Positions 52,078 through 63,272 of a DNA stretch of 64,000 bases are shown here, in pieces. The stretch comes from Tubulanus polymorphus (lineage: Eukaryota; Animalia; Nemertea): NCBI RefSeq assembly GCF_964204645.1, contig NC_134034.1, positions 6,670,914-6,734,913 of the forward strand, in the 5' to 3' direction. The notes beneath the pieces are model-generated. The model was not told the origin of the DNA. It did no database searches and saw only the letters and a program-made list of their open reading frames with translations. A program made the translations under genes and the position numbers. How positions within the stretch are numbered: the stretch's first letter is position 1; each line of letters opens with the position of its first letter.

Positions 52078-52094
52078 TTATACAGTGAAAAAAA

Positions 52095-52848
52095 TTACTC
52101 TCTACATCTTATAACTAATTCATAAATCACAGTGAAATTATTTAAATCAATTAAGTTACCATTATGATTGCTAATTATTAAATTACTAAATTGAGGAATG
52201 CATGGTTTGAAATCACATTCTGTTAAATTATAATCTATTTGCGTTCCAAATTCTTTAGCATTCTTCAATGGTAAAATATTCAATATACTAGAATTACAAG
52301 TTGTATCTTTAGTTGCTTCAAATGTTTTCGTTGGATCAATTAAATTGCAATAAATATAGAAGTGTGTTAAAGTTATTAAATTTTAATTACCATCTACGTT
52401 TCCTGTAACAGCATCTGGTGCAATTCCTAGCAATTTAGCTAATGGTTTTTTTTGCCATAAATGCATGTTGACTTTCATCATATATCTTTATTTTAATTTT
52501 ATTTGCGCTATCACTTTTTATAAATCTTATTAAAAATTTATCATCTCTTCTAATTTTCAACCGTGCTCTTCGATTAATTTCTTGAGCTAGTGTTTCTAAA
52601 TTATATAATCCTGGCTTTAAAATTAGATGAAACCATTTATTTATATTTCTAATATGAATTAAAAAAGTATTATCTTCAATAGTTTTATCCGTTATATTAT
52701 AAAAAGAATTACATAAACTTACGTTTACTAATTTTATATAAACACAATTCTTAAATTCTCTATCTAATTGTACTAGTAAATTATGTGATTCATAATTTGT
52801 AAGTCTTCTTGAATCAACAAATATTCTGTATTCTTTTAATTCTACCAT
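52095..52848 (-). pseudogene. Minor capsid (penton-like, single jelly-roll) protein
   Basis: IFVDSR, SFYNIT, PGLYNL, LAKLLG, FYIYCNLI, ILNILPL, NHNGNLIDLNNFTVIYELVI; frameshifts. Confidence 0.65.
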
Positions 52849-52862
52849 TTATTTTACATATT

Positions 52863-53165
52863 TTATTCGAAATCTATTTTATGGTGCCCTTTTTCATTCT
52901 TACCTTTGTATATGAAATAGAAATCTCCAGAGACATAATTCTTCTAAATCTTCACTTGATAATCTATTAAATCTATCTGGTAAATATGTTCTGAATTTAT
53001 ATGTATTTCCTTTCAATCCTTCATATTCTAAGTGGATAACTAATTTACTACCATATCTATTAGTAACTGTATCAATATTTGTAATTAGATATTTCTTATG
53101 AATTGTTTATTCTGTTAACTTCTTAAATTTATAATCTACTGATTTGACATTTGAAGTATCTTTGA
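52863..53165 (-). pseudogene. Small beta-rich Polinton protein, paralogous to 60083-60408
   Basis: FKKLTE..TNRYGSKLVIHL..FRTYLPDRFNRLSSEDL..IYKGKNEKGHHKIDFE. Confidence 0.6.
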
Positions 53166-53736
53166 AGTATCTAGATTAATATTTTAAGAGTAATAGGGAA
53201 TAAGTTGTTTCAGGTTAAAGGTTGAGAGGGATTTATAATATGAATATAATACCCTCTATGTCTTTATTGTCTTTAGTAGTTTTAGTACTTTAAGTACATA
53301 AAGAATAAATCTTTATATTATCAATACTTTAAAAATAAAATAGAACTACTATACTACTAAAGAGATAAAGACATAAATATATATATATATTACTGTTTCA
53401 ATAATAATATTTATTTATCCGATAGATTTTATATATTACTTTTTCAAAAATAATATTTTTCTTATTCCACAGATTTATTATATATATTTGATTCAGTAAT
53501 ATTTGTTTATCTCACAGATTTATTACATATTACTGTTTCAGCAATGATAAATCTGTGTCTTTATTGTCTTTAGTAGTTTAGTAGTTTTGAAAATAATTTC
53601 ATTCAGTACTTATAAAATAAAGATTTATTCTTTATGTACTACAAGTACTAAAACTACTAAAGACAATAAAGACACAACATTTGTGATATCTTTTATTCTA
53701 TCTAGAAATGATTTGCTGTTCTCACTGTTTGCTTGT

Positions 53737-56700
53737 TTACTCTCCATTTATAATAAATATTTTAATTAAAATTTGATTAACACGAATTAACACTAGAATT
53801 CTTTTCATAATCTCATTCTCTTTTGTTTCTTCTCTTTTAAATCTTAAGTGTTCATCTGAATTGCAACCATAAGCAACTGTGTGTATACCATCATCTAAAA
53901 TATATCTTTTATCATCAAATGGATTCAGACTTATCTTCTCTATCTCTTCAATAAACATTTCATGATCTTCAGATCTTAAACCTTTCATCTTATGTTTTCT
54001 AACTTGTTCATTGAATATACAATTGATGTAATCTTTGAAATGAATATTCTTTTCTACTACACTTTTGGTTATTCCTTTTAACTTTTTAGCTTCATGAGTT
54101 TTAGTTCTATAACTATACATTTTAGATCTAATACGAATGAACTCTATCATTTCTTCACCCCCTAATTCATCTTTGAATTTACCAGGCACCTTTTTACTAT
54201 CATTGTTAAACAATTCATGATCTTTAGGATAATAATACTAAAATCAAAATGATGTTTTAATGTTTTTAAATCATCTGTTATGTTATTAGTTTTTATCTTT
54301 AATATGTAACTGTCAGTATCAAAATATAAGATTTCTATATGCTTTTCTCCAAAACGAGGTTGCAATACGTTATAATAGAATTCATACATTAATAACTTTG
54401 ATATTGCTAAAACTGTAGCTCCAACATAAATTGGTTTATTAAATTGCATAGATGTTCTCCTCATTTTATCTGAAGCTAAATTTTCATCAAATATTCTGTT
54501 ACCTATGAACTTAGGATATGTTTGTAAATGTCTAATTCTTTTACCATTACTAACTAACTCAATATCATTTCTATTTCTTATATTTTCACAAGTCATTATT
54601 CATTAACTTGAAGAAGTCTTTTTCGAAATCAGTTTTAGCTTTAGTTCTCTGTTTGGTATTAAAATCTATATATTTTTCTAACCATTTAGATTGACTAAAT
54701 GAAATATATCTATTTACTTTTTTAGAACCATTCCTTGATTCAAATAAAACTTCAACATTCTATAATGTACTACATAATTATATTTATCTTCCTGAGTTAC
54801 CATTAACTTTTCTGTACGAATATGATTTTCGGGTTTAATTCTTTTTTGATAATTTGATAATTCTTCATGCGTTACAGTTTTATGTTCTGGACAGTATGCT
54901 AAATTTCTAGATTTAAAGTCTACAACAAAGAAGTTACCAGTCTCTGAATCATTTGCAATATCTAGAATTCTTTTCTTCCAATCAAATTTATCATTATTTT
55001 CATGTTGTAAAACTTCACTTATTTCAAATACTCCATAAGGCTGTGGTTCCATCATTGCCCAACCATATAGATTATTTGCATCTATATATAATAACTTATA
55101 ACCAGGGTTATAATTTACATTGAAATATCTATCACCTAATACACCTGAAACTCCTCCTCTTATAGATTTTTCAAATAATAATAATTGATCTATATTTGTT
55201 AACAAATCCATTTTTAAATCTGTAAATTTTAAACCACAATCCCAAGTTAATCCTGGTGATGAATAACAATGGCAAGGATCAATATTAAAATATTTTAGAT
55301 TTACATCTCTAAACCTTTCGAATATATCAGTTGATAATAATACGTCCGATTTTAAATATAAATCTCCTAATTTTCCATGATTTATTATTTTGAAAAAATT
55401 CCAAATATTCAATGTTCTATTATATACTTCATCTTTAACATATTCATTTTTTAATTCATCAAAAAATGGTTCTTTTAATAATTCAGTTAAATATTGAAAT
55501 CATTATGTGATTTATAAAACTATATGGAATTGCGCCTTTATATCTCATTAATTGAAAATCATCATTATTTGGATAGTGTTGCTTTAATATTCTTAATTCA
55601 TCATCAACTAATGATTTTGATAAATTATCTAATGAACTACCTAAAAATCTATATGAATCTATAAATCTTAGACACTCGAATTGGAATGATATATAATTCT
55701 CAGATGTTTTAGCTAACATTCTAAATTTATATGTTGGTATTTCATCTTTTGATCTATTTGAATTTAATCTTTCTATTTCATTATTGATTTCTTCTATTTT
55801 ATGGCGTAACTGTTTGATGAATAAATGAGCATCATACCCTGATAAATTATGAAATATTACTGGAACAAAGTTGATTTTCTTAGCTTGTAAGTTACAATTC
55901 TCATGCGCTGCGCCTCTAAACTTTCCATTCAAATGATCATGGTCTCTTATTTTTTTTTCTTTATAATTGAATATCTTTTCACAATAATAACATTTATCTG
56001 CAAACTCAAATTCTTCTTTATCTTCTTCTGTCATAATTATTTCTATACTTTCATTTAACTTTTCATAAAATTTTATTTCATACTCGATTAATAAGTCACA
56101 AAAATGATTGATAACATTTTCATTTCTGTAATTATAATATTCACTTTTAATTAGTTCTGGGTAATCAGATTTAATATATAATCCAAAACATGCTGCTGAT
56201 TGATGAATCTTTTTAATAGTATTTGCTATTGGTGGTTCTTCTGAAAAATCATTTTCATAGTTTAGTTTTTTTCTTTTATAATATATTTCTTTTCTTTCTT
56301 GATCAGTTAGTTCCTTATTTAGTAATTCAAAATCTCCATATATTACAAATGGTACTTTATTCATGTAATCATAGTTTTTGAATTCTAATATTTTATCCTT
56401 TTCATTTGGTAAAACTATTTTACAATAATCATGATTATCAGATAATTGTTTATGATTTAATAATGTACTTTCATTACTGAATCTATGTAAACATTTTCTA
56501 CATAGAAATACTTTATTGTGGTTATTTTCTGTTCTAAAAAATAAATCGATTTGTTTTATCCACAAACAATGATTTTCATAATATAATATATCTATAACAC
56601 CATTGGAGATGGAGATTTAAATACAAAGGTTCTAATGTATAATGTTCAATTTCATTACCTTTTGTTTTTGGCAATTTGATTAAATCAAATAAATTTATTC

Positions 56701-57789
56701 TTAAATTATTATCTCTTTCTATTTTTGGGATATTTCTAAAATCTGGATAACTGTCTATCTTAGACTGGATAATTGTCTATCTTATAATTATTTTCAAATT
56801 ATTTATAATTTGTTAATCTATAAGTATGTTTATTATAATCCTCAACTGGATGTAAGCAACTAATTATTGTCCATAGAAAACATTTATTATCTTCATTTTG
56901 TACATTTATAACAGCATTTGTTTTAAATGGTAATTTGATATAACTTGATCCATTTATATTATCATCTTAATAATATGATAAATTATTTTCATCAATTGGT
57001 TTTGATTTAGTTAACTTATTATATTTTGTATTGAACACATGTAAAGTCATAAATATTATTTCATCAAATATTAAACCAGATCCTTCAAAATATTTCTCTT
57101 CTATTTTAGTTTTTACTTCATTATAACATTTATCTAATTTATCATCTATATGTTTTGAAATAATTTGTTGTGAATGGGAATTTATATTATATATTGGTTT
57201 ATCTAAACTTTACTTTAGAAGATATGCTAATTTTAGGGTATTCAACATATGTAATTATTTTTATAATATTTTTCATATTTTCTAAATGTTTTTCATTTTC
57301 TTCTAATGTTTTTCCTTTATGAAATTTAAACTCAATAGCAGCTGGACCAATATCACTTATAAATGCTTCAGTTATCTCTATTTCTTCTTTATTATCTACT
57401 GAATTAATATAATTTCTTACATCTTCCATGTATGGTCTTTTATTGTTTAATTTATTTCTTATTCTTTTAATTGTCTTATGTTTCTTATCATTGTCATTAT
57501 CAAAATAATCTTCACCTAAAATATTATTATTCATATTTCTCATATGACTTTTAGATTTTAAATGTTCATTACGATATCTTTTATCACTGAATGATTGATT
57601 ACATGTATCACATTTGTATGTTTCTTTTTCATTCTTCAATTCATCTAATTTAGTTTCTAATATATCATCTTTATATTCTAACTTAAATTTATTTTCTAAA
57701 TTTGTTCTAGTTTTATTGTGTCTTGCATTTTGGGATTTATCTATATTGATTTTACATGTTGGACAGTAGTACTTCCTATTTGCTTCCAT
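53737..57789 (-). pseudogene. Protein-primed family B DNA polymerase (pPolB), near full length and fragmented
   Basis: N-terminal zinc fingers, EDNKCFLW, YGDFE, RDHDHLNGKFRGAAHENCNL, FHNLSGYD, SIRGG, YIDANNLYGWAM, KLMNN (YGK lost), KPIYVG, YFDTDS, PGKFKDE, KLKG, DDKRY. Confidence 0.95.
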
Positions 57790-57868
57790 TTTAATATCAA
57801 ATTTTTTATTAAAATTGATTTTAGAAGTTATTCATTTTTATATTATTCATATATATGAATATTTTAAG

Positions 57869-58020
57869 AGTAATAGGGATAATAGGGGTTCAGGTTAAAG
57901 GTTGAAGGGGCGAGTGATTAAAAAATGAAAAATAAATTCGAGCGTGTGAGAATTTATTTTTTATTTTTTATGAGCTCGACCCTTCGACCTTTGGCCTGAA
58001 CCCCTATTATCCCTATCACT
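57869..58020. repeat. ~150-bp imperfect palindrome upstream of pPolB
   Basis: AGTAATAGGGATAATAGGGGTTCAGG...CCTGAACCCCTATTATCCCTATCACT. Confidence 0.85.
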
Positions 58021-60082
58021 TACGCCCCTTTCTTTAAAGGTTTATTTGTTGTATGTCATTAACAATCAGTTATATAATACTTTATTCATAACTTTGAAGC
58101 GGCGCGCTGACGGCGAACGCTCAAACAAGGTCAGTCACGTAGGCCAACGATAACACGAAACAGACCACGGTTTTGCCGGTTAAGAGCGTCTCTCCACACA
58201 AATTAGAGGGGCTGTAATGGACCATTTGTTGACACTCACCTTTAATAAACTTCGTATGGATACAATCGAGATAATTCCACCCTATAGTTCCACTATTCAA
58301 CGATTGATGCGCAGCTTGAACATGGCGCCGCCATTCAATACGCTGGTCACGATGTATCTCGACACGCATCAAAATCACACTTGAATTACAAGTGTTGACT
58401 TATGGGAAACGATCGAAATCTAGCAATTTGGTTGGGAAAATATCAGCACTATAGTTGAAAAAAGTTGATAAACCTCCTCCGACTGTCTAATCATTTAAAA
58501 GCTTTGCCTTCACATGGAACTATTTCCGCCTTATAACAGGTGCACTCTGCCGCCGTGATTCGCCCATTCAACGATAAAAACTTTCCCACGGTCTTACTAT
58601 CGGCATTTTCTAATAATTTAGGGAAATGTTTAAAAAAAGCGAAATTTCACACTCTGCATTAATAAGATTAAGCTTAGAGTATTTATTCGTTTGACAAATC
58701 TTCCTCTGAACTCCCACCAACAAGTTTTAAGTAGCGACACGACCGTAGAAGTATACGGATTAAACATGAAATAGTATAAAAAGGGAGGGTCAGCACAGTA
58801 AGGGGATTGAAGAAAAGATCGAGAGTGGTGTGAAAGCCTAAGATAGGAAGCTGCAAGGTATGTAGGAGTGAGAATTGTATTATAAGCTGATGTTAGAATA
58901 AAGGAAGAAATATAGACCCACGAGAAGTCGTTAGTATTATTCTGGAGACAGTGGAATATCTCGAATCGGATTAACCCTAATACTCGGAGGAATTGAACAA
59001 CAACACGAGTGGAGAACACAAACCAACACCACAACATTGATGGAGAATACAGATTCACAACAGTAACCACACGATGATACACGAATAGAAAATGCGAAAG
59101 CGTTGTCAGAAATTGATTTGATTTGACATGTAAAATCGGAAAAAAGGTTAGCGGGTACAGCGAGTGTAGCGCAACCGTGTGGATTGTGTTTACAAACAGA
59201 ATGTCGAGCATGCGCACTGCAAACAAGATGGCGGAAATAAAATCGCTGCGACGATATCATTTATTTCATACTGATCCGCAGCTGAATTGTACTTTCAAAA
59301 AGATCAAACGATTTATATACGTAGGTTTCTTGGCATGTCCTGGGAGAACACACGCATTGTTCGTTATGTACGATAATACATTATCCGCCTTAATGGTTGT
59401 TTGTCGGAAACATTTATACTTGTACCAGACGAGCATTCTAAATCATTTGTAGGTAATCACGGCGCTGTAGTCATTAGAAAAATTCGTGGAAATGAGCAAT
59501 TATGAAATAAACTTATGAAACACTCGCTGACCCTTAGTCTGATAAATCGATTATAAGGAGTAATATTAAAGAGTAATATTAAAAAGTAATGTTAAAGAGT
59601 TTTATTATTTTTATTAATAAGAGTTTGTGTGTTTAAGTAATTGGAATATCAGGGGTTCATACCAGAGTACTAGAGTACTAAACACCACTCATCACCACAA
59701 GTAATTTTTTTTCCTTATAAATGGAAAGGAATGATGAATATAATAAAAAACTTATGTGGGGTTGGAAAAATTTACGGCCTTTAGACAAGAAAGAAAATCA
59801 AATCAAATCTAATAAACTAATAATAAATAATAATTTACAGATATATTTAGAATAGTTAACAAAGGCAAAGAAATTTATTGATCAATGGAACAATGATCCA
59901 AATAATGAACAATACGTTGAGGAATTTGATATCAAGGAACCGAAATGACTTATCTAGACAGTTATAATTACTGCTCCTAATAGATGCTGTGAGGCTTGGG
60001 TGAGAACGGTTAATAGCGTGTTTGTTATATACAAGGGGAAGTAATCCCACTCATCGCCACAAGTAATTTTTTTTCCTAATAA

Positions 60083-60408
60083 ATGGGAGATAGAAAAGTA
60101 TTCTTAGCAACAATAAATAACAGAATAAAACCAGCAAAAAACAATTTGAAATAAAAAAGTTAATTGATGTAACAAAAGAAATTGAACATAAGATATTGAA
60201 ATTAGAAAAGATAAAAACTAAATATGGAGAGAAAGTATCAGCTAATTTAAGCTACTGTAATGTTAGTACATCGCGAGAATTTAAAGTATTTTTACCTGAT
60301 AAATGGGTTTCATTGAGTACAGAGGAATTAAAATATTTAAAAGGATTTAAAATAATCTATCATGGAAAAAATGAAGACGGTCATCATGATTTAGAAATTG
60401 TTGATTAA
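60083..60408 (+). pseudogene. Small beta-rich Polinton protein (possible OB-fold)
   Basis: TAAATG start at 60083; KTKYGEKV..FKVFLPDKWVSLSTEEL..IIYHGKNEDGHHDLEI. Confidence 0.55.
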
Positions 60409-61751
60409 ATAAAAAATAAAAATAATGAATATCTAGAATCCAAAATGACCTTAGTCGTTTTATAAACAACTACAATCATACAGTCAAACATCTGTTACAT
60501 TTTATTATAAGAGAGTGCTTCATTTGAATATTGATCAATCAAACAGGTGTTGCACAACGTTGTTATATTGGATAGCTAGCAGTTATATAATAAGCACGCA
60601 GTACATACAACACACACAGGATACATTCTCTCTCTCTCGTTCTCTCTCTCGTGATTAAAAGGAATATTTCAATGTTTTTACGGTAAGTTTTAGCAAAACC
60701 ACCCGACTTGACTCACAGAGTTTTTAGGGGATAAGCATTCCGTTATTGAGAGGCGCCACGAGATACCTATCCCCAAGCATTTCTACTTACACCTCTGTGA
60801 CCCACACCTCACCAATTCTCCTTCAATGGTTGACAGGAAACACGTTATATTAAAGGCGCCTAATGCATTTCCTATCAACCCCTTACCCCCGAAAGGAGGA
60901 TCGAAAGTCGAAACTGAAGGAGAACCACGGAGGGTGGACAAAGGTGCATTTTCGAAATGCCCCTGCAAGCCAAGCCCGGCGGCACTCCAGTGGTTGAATG
61001 AATTGCCTTATATACTTAGCTAAAACACCTAAGTAAATGTTGCTGGTGCTAAAAAAATATGTGAAATTTGAAATTATAAATTATTCCGAATGAAAAGAAT
61101 ATAAGAATGAAAACTGATAAATGAATTATGGATTTTTAACTTAATTATGATATAATTTTTAATCAAATTAGTAATTAATTACTATGTTAATTGATTAACA
61201 AATTCAAATACAAATATTCATTTTAGCATCACACCCAGTGCTGCCATCTTTCAATTCAAGAAAAAACTAATAATAAGAAACGACTGTAATACAATATTCA
61301 AGTAAAAACAAAATAAATTAATAAAAATAATGAATATCTAGAATCCGAAATGACTTATCTGGACAATTTAATTGCTCCGCGTAGATAGACAAAAGTAGTG
61401 AGATATTCAATTAATTAAAAAAAATTATTTTTTTTGCTTTTTTTCTAAAATATTAATCCATTTTTTTTATTATCAATTTTGAATTTCAGAAGTATTTTCA
61501 TTTTTGATAGCAGTTGTTTCAGAATTATTTATATCATGAATTTTATTTGATTTCTTATACAAACTTCACCCAATCAAAATGAATACAATTACAAATCCAA
61601 CTGTAAAATATAGATATTTATCAAATATTCTATCATTAGAAAGGGTTGAAATAACAATATTTTCACTATTTTTATTAACATTTTTATTACTTATTTTTCT
61701 TTTACAGCTTTTTTATATTCTTGTGATTTAATTCCTAATTGCCGAGACCAT

Positions 61752-62357
61752 TCAATTTGTTTCTGTGATCTCGGTTTTTTCTTCACAGTTAATTCCTTCA
61801 CTTCTTTCACTTCGCTCATTTATTATAGAAATATTTTTACTTTCAATATTTGAAAATGTTATAACCCCGGTTGATAATAATGTCATAAATCCGCCTAATT
61901 GAAACGATAAATATCCAATCCATTTATTTAATTCAGTCATAACTAAATAGTCATTTTTTAAATCGGAATATAATCTATTTTCATCTTCAATTGGTAGTAT
62001 ATAATTACATAATTTACTATAACCTTTTACTACATTTTCTGATATCGCGTCATTAATTCTAGCTGTTCTCGCGGCTTCATAAATCTTAAATAATCTAATA
62101 ATTTCATCTGATTTCATTGTATCTAATTCATTATAAGTTAAATTTTTACCGACAAAATTTTTACATTTTCCAGATGCTATTAATATTTCTAATTGATGTT
62201 TTCAATAAAGATAATATTCATAATTATTATTTGTTGTAACATTATTTAAAGCACCATCATCTGGAGTTAATTTTGTTTCTGTTATTCCTAAATCATCTAA
62301 AGTTTTTTCAATTGGAACATCACCATTTTTAGATTTTATTTTCTTTTCACCTACCAT
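61752..62357 (-). pseudogene. Polinton hypothetical protein downstream of the ATPase
   Basis: Starts MVGEKKIKSK at a T7-ATAAATG cassette; frameshifts into ORF 61752-62117. Confidence 0.55.
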
Positions 62358-62387
62358 TTATATAACAAAAAAATTAGTTGTGATGTT

Positions 62388-62657
62388 GCAACTAGAATTC
62401 AACTAGAATGTAACTAGAATTCAACTAGATTAACAAGCTAGTTGAAATATTGTTTTTATTTGTTTCTTGTTAAATCTAGTTGATTTTTGTTCCAACTACT
62501 AATAACTAGAATTCAACTAGAACGTAACTAGAATTAAACTAGATTAACAAGCTAGTTAAAATATTGTTAAATCTAATTGATTTTTTGTTACAACTACCAA
62601 TAACTAGAATTCAACTAGAATGTAACTAGAATTCAACTAGATTAACAAGCTAGTTGA
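62388..62657. repeat. Intergenic array: three ~100-115-bp units built from 11-bp AACTAGAAT subrepeats
   Basis: AACTAGAATTCAACTAGAA(T/C)GTAACTAGAATT(C/A)AACTAGATTAACAAGCTAGTT x3. Confidence 0.9.
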
Positions 62658-62659
62658 AT

Positions 62660-63272
62660 TTAAATAAATTCATATTTAAATGGGTGTTGTAATCTAAATA
62701 GTAATTTTGATCTTTTAATATTTTTCAATTTATCCATATATTCATTATCTAAATCATGTGGAATAATATCATTTTCCTCAAGTGCATTTTTCATCGATTT
62801 TCTATCTTAATTGTATGTAGAATAAAACTAGAAATCTTATATTCTCCCTAAAGTCTTTAACAATTGAATTATATTTTTGATTTAAAACCCATGTTGTTAT
62901 CCCGAAATGTCTTCCAGAGAAAGCTAGATAACATAACTCGCTTTCTCTAACTTTTGAATCATGTAGATTTGCACAATCATCTATAATGAATAATGTATTT
63001 GATCCTTTATAAATATCAATTGCTATTTCAATACAATTATCTAAATTTTCTTTTACTGTTTTAGGATCTAATATAATAAATTTATTATTTCTAGTAATAT
63101 TTCTATCATAAGTTTGATTAAATTCGTACGTTGGGCAAAATAATACTATATTATCAAAATAGTTTTCATAAACAGTTTCTAATAAATTTAATATAAAATA
63201 AGTTTTTCCACAATTTGTTACGCCAGATATTAACATATTATGAGGCTCAAATATAAATAATTCCTTATTCAT
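62660..63272 (-). pseudogene. A32/FtsK-like DNA packaging ATPase
   Basis: Walker A ISGVTNCGKT, Walker B LFIIDD, SGRHFGITTWVLNQ, REN; frameshift near 62810. Confidence 0.92.

Larger units (their letters stand above)
49860..57860 (-). mobile_element. Polinton/adintovirus-like remnant C: pPolB plus structural gene block
   Basis: pPolB, penton-like, small conserved ORFs and MCP-like genes in head-to-tail order. Confidence 0.92.

Noticed and set aside
50583-52097. T-run cassette as a trans-splice or cis-splice acceptor
   Set aside because: Most copies have no AG between the T run and the ATG
58630-59452. 198-aa and overlapping ORFs
   Set aside because: No recognisable domain; composition typical of chance ORFs
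60850-61000. Twister or hammerhead ribozyme
   Set aside because: Only partial motif resemblance; the required pairings were not found
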